Positions 1 to 8,784 of a DNA stretch of 51,371 bases are shown one piece after another. The notes under the pieces were generated by a model. The model did no database searches and had not been told where the DNA came from. It saw only the letters and a list, made by a program, of their open reading frames with translations. The position numbers and the translations under genes are program-made. The DNA lies in assembly GCA_017628305.1 (NCBI GenBank), contig JAGBZI010000097.1:1-51371 (forward strand), in the 5' to 3' direction. How positions within the stretch are numbered: the stretch's first letter is position 1; every line of letters starts with the position of its first letter. Origin of the DNA: Tidjanibacter sp. (GTDB taxonomy: Bacteria; Bacteroidota; Bacteroidia; Bacteroidales; Rikenellaceae).

Positions 1-225
1 GGTAGCACCCTCAGCGGGAGCGATGGTGTAGGCAGCCACCTGAAGCACCTCGGCGCTCACCGATACGGTGGCGGTGGTGATGTCGGCGCCTACGAGTCGT
101 ACCGACAGCGAAGCACCCTCAAAGGGGTCTTTCTCGGGTTCAGGAATGGGCTCGGGCTCACAACCCACCATCAACATTGCTGCAGACGCCAAAAGAAGCG
201 CTGCGAATTTGAAGATGTTTTTCAT
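1..225 (-). CDS. Putative lipoprotein, N-terminal part (runs off window start)
   Basis: Own translation from ATG at 225: MKNIFKFAALLLASAAMLMVGC-EPEPIPEPEKDPF...; lipobox (MVG-C) followed by an acidic Pro/Glu segment; frame open to base 1. Confidence 0.75.
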   Translation of the reverse strand, partial: MKNIFKFAALLLASAAMLMVGCEPEPIPEPEKDPFEGASLSVRLVGADITTATVSVSAEVLQVAAYTIAPAEGAT

Positions 226-428
226 AAATAAATAGGTGAAATTAATAGGATTAGATAGTTTATTTATTGGTATGTCAGCTGTAATGTCGTATTTGTTCAA
301 ACAAAGTGCCCACAATATACGAATTTTCCGTGAAATTGTCCGCGGACTACATAATTTTATATGTAATGACGGAAGATAAAAATCAATGGAACGCCGGCCT
401 TGTAAGTTCTCACAACCCAAATAGGAAT

Positions 429-460
429 AAAAAACCACCCGCACAAGTGCGGATGGTTCC
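429..460 (-). terminator. Intrinsic terminator after tRNA-Pro(TGG)
   Basis: ACCACCCGCAC-AA-GTGCGGATGGT hairpin with an adjacent A-run (U-run on minus strand). Confidence 0.7.
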
Positions 461-476
461 CTTGATTTTCATCTCG

Positions 477-551
477 TCGGGGTGAAGTGATTCGAACACT
501 CGACCCCCTGCTCCCAAAGCAGGTGCGCTAACCGGACTGCGCTACGCCCCG
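477..551 (-). tRNA. tRNA-Pro (TGG)
   Basis: Minus strand CGGGGCGTAGCGCAGTCCGGTTAGCGCACCTGCTTTGGGAGCAGGGGGTCGAGTGTTCGAATCACTTCACCCCGA; cloverleaf, TTCGAAT T-loop, anticodon TGG, no encoded CCA. Confidence 0.96.
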
Positions 552-562
552 AATTGACGCTG

Positions 563-570
563 CAAATATA
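563..570 (-). promoter_or_regulatory. Bacteroidetes -7 promoter element for tRNA-Pro
   Basis: TATATTTG on minus strand, 11 nt upstream of the tRNA; matches TAnnTTTG. Confidence 0.7.
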
Positions 571-575
571 GCGAT

Positions 576-1373
576 TTATTTTTGAAATCCAACAGTTTTA
601 TTGCGGAGTACTCGTCGTACCCATGTGGGTAGGTGGCTTGCAATGGGGCGCATCACCCTATTCATTAGCCCCGGCACAACCCTTCGGCGCCCTCGGAACA
701 TCCCCTCCAAGCACCTCTCGGCAACCCTCTCGGGGGTCATGAGTACCCCGAGCCTCACCCCGCGTCGTTGCCACACATCGGGGAGACCATAGAGGTCGGT
801 GGCTACACCCGCAGGCAGTGCTACGGTGACACTCACCCCACTCTCCCTCAGTTCGTCGCGCAGAGAGTAGCTCATCCGCTCCACATAGCTCTTTGTTGCG
901 CCATAGAGCCCCAATCCCCCCATTGACACCCACGCCGCGTAGGAGGACATATTTAATATAAAACCCTTGCCACGCCGCGCCATGGAGGCTCCGAAGAGTC
1001 GGCACAACTCGGTGGTAGCCACAATGTGGAGCCCCACAATGTGGGCCACGCGCCCGCCATTGCACTCCACAAGGTCGCGGTAGACAAAGGTGCCGGCATT
1101 GTTCACCACAACATCCACGAGCCACTCCCCATAGAGCCGATGGAGCCTCTCGGCTGCGCCACTCGCCGCAAGGTCGATGGGTGTGTACTCCACGGCCACG
1201 GCTCCCTCCTTGCGGAGCTGGTGGGCGGCTTGCTGCAACCCCTCCTCGCTGCGTGCTACAAGAATAAGGCCATAACCCCTGTGGGCCAAACCCCTTGCGA
1301 GGGCGAGGCCTATGCCGCGTGTGGCACCCGTCACAAGGGCCCAGCGGATGGAACTATTGCGGTCATTAGTCAT
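576..1373 (-). CDS. SDR family NAD(P)-dependent oxidoreductase
   Basis: TGATRGIG Rossmann motif, NNAG, catalytic YGATK; start moved to ATG 1373, just downstream of TATTTTTG at 1382-1389. Confidence 0.93.
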   Translation of the reverse strand: MTNDRNSSIRWALVTGATRGIGLALARGLAHRGYGLILVARSEEGLQQAAHQLRKEGAVAVEYTPIDLAASGAAERLHRLYGEWLVDVVVNNAGTFVYRDLVECNGGRVAHIVGLHIVATTELCRLFGASMARRGKGFILNMSSYAAWVSMGGLGLYGATKSYVERMSYSLRDELRESGVSVTVALPAGVATDLYGLPDVWQRRGVRLGVLMTPERVAERCLEGMFRGRRRVVPGLMNRVMRPIASHLPTWVRRVLRNKTVGFQK

Positions 1374-1433
1374 TGGTAGAACAAAAATAGTAAAAAAATT
1401 TCTGAAAACTCTTGGAGATTCCAAATTTTGGCG

Positions 1434-1460
1434 TACCTTTGTGATATCAAATTAATATCA
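1434..1460 (+). promoter_or_regulatory. -7 promoter element plus candidate RHH operator
   Basis: TACCTTTG 1434-1441 followed by TGATATCA-AAT-TAATATCA (two 8-mers 11 bp apart). Confidence 0.6.
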
Positions 1461-1505
1461 TTTTGAGCTAACCAAACAAGTTTAACCCCTAACACAAAAA
1501 CAACT

Positions 1506-2465
1506 ATGGAAAAGAAAGAGTACAAATTCAATGGCTTTAGGATGAGTGGTTTCTTGGGCCTTCTTGTGATTTTTGCCCTTATCGGCGTGTCGATTTGGGA
1601 TTTTGCCACCTTGGTAGGTGATGAGGTTCCTGTGATTGGTATTGTGGGTATGACTCTCGCTTGCATTCTCTCCCCCGGCTTCCGCACCTTGGAGCCCAAT
1701 CAGGCTCGCGCGATGGTCTTTTTTGGCAAGTATAAAGGCACCTTCACCGACGAAGGTTTCTGGTGGACCAACCCCTTCTACAATGCTAAGGCTGTGTCGT
1801 TCCGTGCTCGCAACCTCAATGCCGACGCCATTAAGGTGAACGATAAGACCGGTAACCCCATTATGATTGGTCTGGTGGTTGTATGGAAGGTGAAGGACAC
1901 CTATAAGGCTCTCTTCGAGATTGATTCGCAGACCATGACTTCGAGTGTGAAAATCGACAAGAAGGGTGAGATTGAGGGTGTAGGTGCTCTGGCTGGTCGT
2001 ATGATGGCCTTCGAGAGCTTCGTGAGGGTTCAGTCCGACGCTGCTCTGCGTCAGGTGGCAGGCATGTATGCCTACGACAACAATGCTGCGGGCGACCAGA
2101 ATGAGCTCACCCTGCGCAGTGGTGCCGACGAGATTAACGAGTTTTTGCGCAAGACCCTCAACGAGAGGTTGGAGATTGCGGGTATCGAGGCTGTGGAGGC
2201 ACGCATCAACTACCTTGCCTATGCTCCCGAGATTGCTGCCGTGATGTTGCGCCGCCAGCAGGCCGACGCTATTATCAGCGCAAGGGAGAAGATTGTGGAG
2301 GGTGCCGTTTCGATGGTTCACATGGCTCTCGACAAGCTCAAGGCCGATGGTGTTGTGGAGCTCGACGAGGAGCGCAAGGCTGCGATGGTCAGCAATCTCT
2401 TGGTGGTGCTGTGTGCCGATGAGAGTGCCCAGCCCGTGGTGAACACCGGCAGCCTCTATAATTAG
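1506..2465 (+). CDS. SPFH (band 7) domain membrane protein
   Basis: Two N-terminal TM helices; [56 protein letters not shown]. Confidence 0.93.
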   Translation: MEKKEYKFNGFRMSGFLGLLVIFALIGVSIWDFATLVGDEVPVIGIVGMTLACILSPGFRTLEPNQARAMVFFGKYKGTFTDEGFWWTNPFYNAKAVSFRARNLNADAIKVNDKTGNPIMIGLVVVWKVKDTYKALFEIDSQTMTSSVKIDKKGEIEGVGALAGRMMAFESFVRVQSDAALRQVAGMYAYDNNAAGDQNELTLRSGADEINEFLRKTLNERLEIAGIEAVEARINYLAYAPEIAAVMLRRQQADAIISAREKIVEGAVSMVHMALDKLKADGVVELDEERKAAMVSNLLVVLCADESAQPVVNTGSLYN

Positions 2466-2521
2466 TCCCCTGCCTGACTACCTATTTTAATTATAAAGAA
2501 TCAATTTAACCCCAAAGTTTT

Positions 2522-2707
2522 ATGGCGAAGGATAACACTACAAAGAGCTTTGTGCTCCGAGTGGATGCGGCGACGATGGATGCTCTCGAGAAGTGGGCAG
2601 CCGACGAGTTTCGTAGCATCAACGGCCAGTTGCAGTGGATAATCGCCGAGGCGCTTCGCAAGAGTGGCCGCAAACCCAAGACTCCCAAATCCCCCGACTT
2701 GAAATAG
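2522..2707 (+). CDS. Arc-like ribbon-helix-helix DNA-binding protein
   Basis: 61 aa, KSFVLRVD...LEKWAADEFRSINGQLQWII; typical partner of this SPFH subfamily. Confidence 0.88.
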   Translation: MAKDNTTKSFVLRVDAATMDALEKWAADEFRSINGQLQWIIAEALRKSGRKPKTPKSPDLK

Positions 2708-2732
2708 AGTACTTAAACAAAAGAAAAACAGT

Positions 2733-3710
2733 ATGAAGAAGGCGCTTATTTTCTCTGCCGCAGTGTGTGGCATCAGTTGGATTGCAGCACTTGTGTTCCA
2801 CCTCACCACGGGCTTCACCGGCTTGGAGGGAGGAGTGGAGGCTGTTGCTAAGTATCGCACATTTGCAATGTTCTACATGTTTCTGCCCGCCATCGTGGCC
2901 CTGCTGCTTAGGGCTCTGGAGGGTAGGGCTTCGGTCCGCCGCCCCCACGCACTGCGCGTGAAGGTGGGTTTTGGCAACGACACTATGTTGAAGTTTCGTC
3001 CCCGCTGGAGCTGGTTGGCGGCCATTGCGTTGGTTCCCGTTGTGGTGGCACTTTCGATTGCCATCTCCTCACTCTTTGCCGAGGTGGTGGGTATGAAGGA
3101 GGGTATGCTGGCGATGATGGCGGCAAACGGTGCGGACAACCTTCCTGCGGAGTCTATGGCCGAGTTTGATAAACTTACTAATGGCTTTATGCTGACCGTT
3201 ACCCTCATCTCGGGTCTTTTTGCAGGCGTCACAATCAATGCCCTCTTCGCCTTTGGCGAGGAGTATGGCTGGAGAGGTTATATGGTTGATGCTCTGCGTG
3301 GTAGGAGGTTTGTTTCCTCGGCGCTTCTGATTGGCGTTGTGTGGGGTTTGTGGCACTTCCCCCTCATTCTCATGGGCCACAACGGCTATCCCAACCGCCC
3401 CTTGGGTGTGGCTATGATGGTGCTCTTTTGCGTGTTGGCGGGCGTTGTGGAGCTCTACTTTGTCTGCAAGAGCGGCACGGTGTGGCCTGCGGTCTTCATC
3501 CATGGCGTCATCAATGCCATTGCGGGCGTCGGTGTGATTATGATTCCCACGGGCAACGCGCTTCTCACAGGAATGACGGGCCTTGCGGGTGCTGCGGCCT
3601 TGGCAGTGATTATTGCCCTCCTGTGGCTCTACGACCGCTATGTGAGCCGCGACAATATCTTTGGCTCCACTCTGGGTTGCTCACTCGACCGCGCAACTCC
3701 CGAACAGTAA
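2733..3710 (+). CDS. CPBP (Abi/CAAX) family intramembrane glutamic endopeptidase
   Basis: Multi-TM protein with motifs GEEYGWRG, WGLWH and HGVIN. Confidence 0.92.
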   Translation: MKKALIFSAAVCGISWIAALVFHLTTGFTGLEGGVEAVAKYRTFAMFYMFLPAIVALLLRALEGRASVRRPHALRVKVGFGNDTMLKFRPRWSWLAAIALVPVVVALSIAISSLFAEVVGMKEGMLAMMAANGADNLPAESMAEFDKLTNGFMLTVTLISGLFAGVTINALFAFGEEYGWRGYMVDALRGRRFVSSALLIGVVWGLWHFPLILMGHNGYPNRPLGVAMMVLFCVLAGVVELYFVCKSGTVWPAVFIHGVINAIAGVGVIMIPTGNALLTGMTGLAGAAALAVIIALLWLYDRYVSRDNIFGSTLGCSLDRATPEQ

Positions 3711-3738
3711 GAAAAGTGCCCCGCGGGGCACTTTTCTT
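3709..3738. terminator. Perfect 30-bp palindrome, bidirectional-type terminator
   Basis: AAGAAAAGTGCCCCG-CGGGGCACTTTTCTT directly at the CPBP stop codon. Confidence 0.85.
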
Positions 3739-3759
3739 CGATTTTTCTTGCCAAATTCG

Positions 3760-3814
3760 ATATATATATATATTTACATGCCCAAATTTCGTTTAGAAAT
3801 TTGCCCCCCCCCCC
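3760..3814 (+). repeat. Simple sequence repeats (AT)7 and C11 upstream of the OM receptor gene
   Basis: ATATATATATATAT at 3760-3773; 11 consecutive C at 3804-3814. Confidence 0.9.
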
Positions 3815-3856
3815 GCAAAGGGGAGTTGATAAACTAAACTAACCAAACCAAACACA

Positions 3857-6301
3857 ATGATTATGAAAAGATTTTTCCTTACCCTGCTGACCACCCTCTC
3901 TATGACTCTGTCGGCACTTGTGGCCCAAAAACCAACCTACACCCTCTCGGGGCGTCTGGTAGCCACCGATGGGAGTGCTGTTGACTACGCTTCGCTGCTG
4001 CTCACCCCCGCCGGCGAGCAGTTCACCCCCGGTAAACCCAACCATCAGGGTGGTGTGAGCGATGACGAGGGTCGCTTCTCCTTCACCTCTCCAGATGGCG
4101 ACTATCAGCTCGAAATCAGCTGCATAGGCTACGAAAATCTTACCCACACCTTCACAATTGCCGGTCCCACCAACCTCGGTGACCTCACCCTTACGGAGGC
4201 TCCCGAGGCTATCAAGGCCATCACCGTCACCTCCCCCAGCGTGCGTCGCGAGGCCGACCGCTATGTGATGACCAACCTCTCGAACAGCACCCTTGCCAAG
4301 GGGCGCGACAGCTACGAACTGCTCAAGCTCGCCCCCGGTGTGTGGGCCGACGACAACGGCTCCATCTCCATCAACGGCAAGAGCGGTGTGAAGGTGCTCA
4401 TCAACGAGCGCGAGGTGCGCATGACCAGCGACCAACTTATGGCCTACCTCCGTTCGCTCCCCGCCGAGAACCTCCAGAGGATTGAGATTATCCCCCAGAG
4501 TGGTGCCGACTACGACGCCGATAGTGCTGCGGGTCTCATCAAAATTACCCTGCGTCGTCAGCGCGACGGAGGAACGAGTGGTAGCGTGTCGCTTGCATGG
4601 CTCGGCTCCACCCTCAGCCCTGCCTACAACCTCTCGCCAAGCGTAAATGTCAACCACAAGAGCGGCCCCCTGAACCTCTATGGCAGCATCAATCTCTCCG
4701 ACTACAATGTGAAGTATACCGACGATATGCTCACAAGGGAGAGCACGCGCTACGACAATGGTGCCGAGCTCAGCTCCACCTCCTCCATGGATAGCGCCAA
4801 GAGGGCCGGTGGTGGCATGGTGGGTGCCATCTGGGACCTCTCGGAGCGCAGCAGCCTCGGCGTGGAGTACAACATGTGGCACAATCCCAAGAAGCCCGAC
4901 ATCACACGCAGTACCCTCGACTATACCCTCGGCAACCTCGCCGAGCACCACGAGAGCCGCTATGAGCAGCTGAGAAGTGCCACCAACCACTCCGTTACGG
5001 CCAACTACATCCTCACGCTCGACGAGCGCGGTTCCACCTTTAAACTCATTGCCGACTTTGCTAATAATACTACCCGCGCTGTGAACAACAACACCGACCG
5101 TGCTGTTGTCACCCGAGGTGGGGTGGTGGGTGCCCCCGTGGACTCGCTCTACCGCAATAGCTCCGTGGCCGACTACTCCTACTACACCCTCACGGCGGCT
5201 GTGGAGAAACGACTCAGCGATGCTACAACCCTCTCCTACGGTGCAAAATATACCCTCACGGACAACTTTAGCTCCACCGACTACGACTACAAGCGCGGCG
5301 ATGAGTGGGTGTCGCTCGGCGACTACAACACCTCCACCGACTATCGGGAGCACATCGCAGCCCTCTATGCTATCTACTCCACTCGACTCCCCTCGGGCCT
5401 TTCGCTCTCGGCAGGTCTGCGTGGCGAGATGACTTCGCTCCCCGTGCTCAACCAAAAGTATGGGAGCCTCTTCCCCCATCTGAATATCTCGATGCCTCTG
5501 AATGTCAATCAGACGGTTATCCTCGCGGGTTCCTACAAGAGGAGCATCCGTCGCCCATCCTTCTGGAATATGAACCCCGTGCGCAGCCAACTCTCCGAGT
5601 ACTCCTATCAGGTGGGCAACCCCAATTTGACCCCTGTCTATGGCAACGAACTCACCCTCTCGGGAGTCTTCTTCTATCGCTACACGCTCACTCTGGGAGC
5701 CTTCCTTCAGGATGGTATCATCTCGCAGATGGCTATGGTCGATGATGCAGACCCTTCGGGCCGAACCCTAAAGTATATCTACGAAAATCTCAATAACCTC
5801 TACCAATACTACATCCAGCTCTCCGTGCCCACACAGCTCACCCCTTGGTGGTCGCTCAATGGCAATCTGCTCGGTGTGATGCTCGACCAGCGCATCAAGG
5901 AGTCCGACGAGCTCGACCGCAGTTTCACCCTTCAGGCCTATGCGGTCAACACCTTTACGCTGCCCAAAAATTGGTTTGTAGATGTCACGGGCAGCTACAT
6001 GAGCGACGCAAAGGTCGGTAACCTCAAGCAGCTCGCAAGCGGCAATGTGAGCCTCTCGGTCAAGAAGGTATGCTTCGACAACAAGCTTACCCTCTCGGTG
6101 GCGCTCAACAACCTGCTCAACACCTCACACCAGAAGGTGCTCTCGGAGGGGGCGGGCTTCACCAAGACCCTCTACTCGCCGAGTTTATGGGTGAGGAGTG
6201 TGAATATTGGCGTGAGGTACAACTTCCAGAGTGGCAAGATGTTCCGCGCACGCAGTGTGGAGAGTGGTGCCGCCGACGAAAAGAGCAGGATTGGAAAATA
6301 G
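3857..6301 (+). CDS. Outer-membrane beta-barrel protein, TonB-dependent receptor-like (CarboxypepD-reg-like N-domain, plug, barrel)
   Basis: Signal peptide; plug motifs ELLKLAPGV and IEIIPQSGADYDA; RRPSFWNMNP...GNPNLTP; terminal strand VNIGVRYNF. Confidence 0.88.
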   Translation: MIMKRFFLTLLTTLSMTLSALVAQKPTYTLSGRLVATDGSAVDYASLLLTPAGEQFTPGKPNHQGGVSDDEGRFSFTSPDGDYQLEISCIGYENLTHTFTIAGPTNLGDLTLTEAPEAIKAITVTSPSVRREADRYVMTNLSNSTLAKGRDSYELLKLAPGVWADDNGSISINGKSGVKVLINEREVRMTSDQLMAYLRSLPAENLQRIEIIPQSGADYDADSAAGLIKITLRRQRDGGTSGSVSLAWLGSTLSPAYNLSPSVNVNHKSGPLNLYGSINLSDYNVKYTDDMLTRESTRYDNGAELSSTSSMDSAKRAGGGMVGAIWDLSERSSLGVEYNMWHNPKKPDITRSTLDYTLGNLAEHHESRYEQLRSATNHSVTANYILTLDERGSTFKLIADFANNTTRAVNNNTDRAVVTRGGVVGAPVDSLYRNSSVADYSYYTLTAAVEKRLSDATTLSYGAKYTLTDNFSSTDYDYKRGDEWVSLGDYNTSTDYREHIAALYAIYSTRLPSGLSLSAGLRGEMTSLPVLNQKYGSLFPHLNISMPLNVNQTVILAGSYKRSIRRPSFWNMNPVRSQLSEYSYQVGNPNLTPVYGNELTLSGVFFYRYTLTLGAFLQDGIISQMAMVDDADPSGRTLKYIYENLNNLYQYYIQLSVPTQLTPWWSLNGNLLGVMLDQRIKESDELDRSFTLQAYAVNTFTLPKNWFVDVTGSYMSDAKVGNLKQLASGNVSLSVKKVCFDNKLTLSVALNNLLNTSHQKVLSEGAGFTKTLYSPSLWVRSVNIGVRYNFQSGKMFRARSVESGAADEKSRIGK

Positions 6302-6335
6302 TCTTGAGGTTTGAGGATTGAAAGCGCCAAATAAT

Positions 6336-6366
6336 TTTGTGTTCTACCTCTTTTTTGCTACCTTTG
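6336..6366 (+). promoter_or_regulatory. Bacteroidetes sigma-A promoter
   Basis: TTTG (6336-6339), 19-nt spacer, TACCTTTG (6359-6366). Confidence 0.75.
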
Positions 6367-6391
6367 ATACAATAAATTAATGCTGTAGCAA

Positions 6392-8239
6392 ATGAAACGA
6401 TACGGATTATTTTTGGGGCTGATGGCGATGGTTGTGCTGTCGTGTGTGCCCACCGAGCAATGCCCTGTTGTGATTGTTGGCGGAGGAGCCTCGGGTGTGA
6501 GTGCAGGTGTGCAGTCGGCAAGGATGGGTGTGCCGGCCACCATCCTCGAGGAGGGGGTGTGGCTCGGAGGAATGCTCACCTCGGCCGGTGTGAGCTGCAT
6601 AGATGGTAACTACAAGATGCGTGGCGGCATTTTCGGGGAGTTCACCGACTCCCTTGCTGCTCGCTATGGAGGCTATCCTGCGCTGCGAACAGGGTGGGTG
6701 AGCAACATCAACTTCGACCCACACATTGGCGAGCAAATCTTTGGCAACATCTGTTCCTCCTGCGACCTGCTCACCGTGAAGCGGGGCGCGAAGGTGAAGA
6801 GTATTCGCAAGGAAAAGAGCGGGTGGAGGGTGACCTACCTCGATGGCGACGGTCGCCGCAGAAGCCTTGTGTGTGAGGTGCTTATTGATGGTACCGAGCT
6901 GGGCGATGTGGCCAAGGAGTGTGGTGTGGAGTACCGTGTGGGTATGGATTCAAGGCACTCCACCGGCGAGCGTATAGCGCCCGAGGAGGCCAACGATGTC
7001 ATCCAAGACCTCACCTATGTCGCCTTCCTCAAAGATTATGGTCCCGAGGCCGATATGACCATTGACAAGCCCGAGGGCTATGATGCGTCGCTGTTTGCCA
7101 ATTCGTGCGCAAACGCCTTGAGCGACGAAGTGACCGAAACAGGGCAGACGCTCTGGTCGCCCGAGATGATGCTCAGCTATGGTCGCACGCCCGGTGGCCG
7201 CTACATGATTAATTGGCCCATCTATGGCAACGACTTCTATGTCAACACCATCGACTCCTCACCGCAGGAGAGGGCCGAAGCATTCCAGAGGGCAAAAAAT
7301 TTCACCCTCTCGTTCGTATACTTCATCCAGACCGAGCTCGGGATGAAACACCTCGGCATTGCAGACGATGTGTTCCCCACGGAGGATGGCCTTCCCCTGT
7401 TCCCCTACCACCGCGAGTCGAGGCGCATTGTGGGCGAGGCCCTCTTTACCATGGATGCAGCTGCGGCCCCCTATGAGCACCGCGTGCCCTACTATCGCAC
7501 AGGCATTGCTGTGGGCGACTACCCTGTGGACCACCACCACTTCCGCCACCCCGAGTGGCGCACTCTTCCCGACCTACACTTCTATCCCATACCCTCGTTC
7601 TGTGTTCCCTTTGGAGTGATTGTGCCCCGAGGTGTTGATAATCTGCTGGTTACGGAGAAGTCAGTGTCGGTGTCCAACCTCATCAATGGTGCTACCCGCC
7701 TGCAACCTGTGGTGATGCAGCTCGGTCAGGCAGCCGGTGCTGCGGCAGCCATAGCCGTCGAGGAGGGTGTGCCGGTGCGCGAGGTGTCGATTAGGAGGGT
7801 GCAGTCTGCCCTGCTCGACGCCGGAGGCTACATAATGCCCTACATAGACCTGCCCAAGGAGCACCAACACTTCGCAGCTCTTCAACGCATCGGTGCAACA
7901 GGCATATTGCGTGGCGAGGGGCGTAATGTCGGTTGGGAAAACCAAACCATGTTCCGTGCCTATGAGCCTCTGTTGGCCGAGGAGATCCACTACAAGGAGT
8001 TCTACCATGGCCATCTGGAGCTTGATAGGGGAGAGGTGTCGGTGGCCAAGCTGCTCGAGGTGTTGCGAGGATTGGGCGCACCCATTCCCTCGCCCGCCAA
8101 GGAGTGGTGGGGCGCACTGGGGCTGGAGAATTTTGACCCCCATAGGAGCGTGACAAGGCTCGAGGCAGCCGTGGTGATTGATGAGCTGTTTGCCCCCTTC
8201 GAGATGAGGGAGGTCGATTTCGACGGCAATTTGTGGTAG
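6392..8239 (+). CDS. FAD-dependent oxidoreductase (FAD_oxidored family), putative lipoprotein
   Basis: Lipobox VLS-C; VVIVGGGASG; LGGMLTSAG; IDGTELGD; PYHRESRR; GATRLQP. Confidence 0.88.
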   Translation: MKRYGLFLGLMAMVVLSCVPTEQCPVVIVGGGASGVSAGVQSARMGVPATILEEGVWLGGMLTSAGVSCIDGNYKMRGGIFGEFTDSLAARYGGYPALRTGWVSNINFDPHIGEQIFGNICSSCDLLTVKRGAKVKSIRKEKSGWRVTYLDGDGRRRSLVCEVLIDGTELGDVAKECGVEYRVGMDSRHSTGERIAPEEANDVIQDLTYVAFLKDYGPEADMTIDKPEGYDASLFANSCANALSDEVTETGQTLWSPEMMLSYGRTPGGRYMINWPIYGNDFYVNTIDSSPQERAEAFQRAKNFTLSFVYFIQTELGMKHLGIADDVFPTEDGLPLFPYHRESRRIVGEALFTMDAAAAPYEHRVPYYRTGIAVGDYPVDHHHFRHPEWRTLPDLHFYPIPSFCVPFGVIVPRGVDNLLVTEKSVSVSNLINGATRLQPVVMQLGQAAGAAAAIAVEEGVPVREVSIRRVQSALLDAGGYIMPYIDLPKEHQHFAALQRIGATGILRGEGRNVGWENQTMFRAYEPLLAEEIHYKEFYHGHLELDRGEVSVAKLLEVLRGLGAPIPSPAKEWWGALGLENFDPHRSVTRLEAAVVIDELFAPFEMREVDFDGNLW

Positions 8240-8318
8240 AATTTGTAACTTCTGTTTCAAACTCTCGAGTTAATTTCGTATATTTGTGGAAATCTATAAC
8301 CAACACACTTTTTGAACT

Positions 8319-8744
8319 ATGGAAATTTGGCACATTTGGGCTATCGTAGCCATCCTCCTTGTCATTGGCGAAATCTTCACGGCAGGTTTTGCACTCATCT
8401 GTTTTGCCGTGGGCTCGGTGGGCGGAGCCATTGCTGCCGCTGCCGGAGCCTCCACCGAGTGGCAGTTGGGCATCTTTGCCATAGCCACCCTCGTGGCCTT
8501 CTTCTCCATCCGTCCCCTGCTGCGCAAGCTCTCCACCAAGGATGAGATACCCACCAATGCCGACGCACTGATTGGCCGCACAGCAAAAGTTGTGGAGCCC
8601 ATTGAGGTGGGTGGTAAGGGGCGTGTAGCCCTCGATGGCGACATCTGGCAGGCCGAGAGCCCCGAGCAGACCGAGATTGCGGTGGGCGAGAGGGTCGAGA
8701 TTGTGGCCCGCGAGAGCATCGTACTCATCGTTCGACGAAAATAA
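8319..8744 (+). CDS. NfeD-like (short NfeD/YbbJ) membrane protein
   Basis: Three TM segments plus OB-fold-like tail (LIGRTAKV...GRVALDGDIWQA); directly upstream of an SPFH gene. Confidence 0.92.
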   Translation: MEIWHIWAIVAILLVIGEIFTAGFALICFAVGSVGGAIAAAAGASTEWQLGIFAIATLVAFFSIRPLLRKLSTKDEIPTNADALIGRTAKVVEPIEVGGKGRVALDGDIWQAESPEQTEIAVGERVEIVARESIVLIVRRK

Positions 8745-8784
8745 CCGACAAACATTTATTACCCCCTAAAAACCGTGTAATACT

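Noticed and set aside
2522-3710. RHH plus Abi-named protein as an abortive-infection or TA system
   Set aside because: The CPBP family's Abi label does not imply phage defence; motifs indicate an intact membrane protease, and the RHH is the usual SPFH partner
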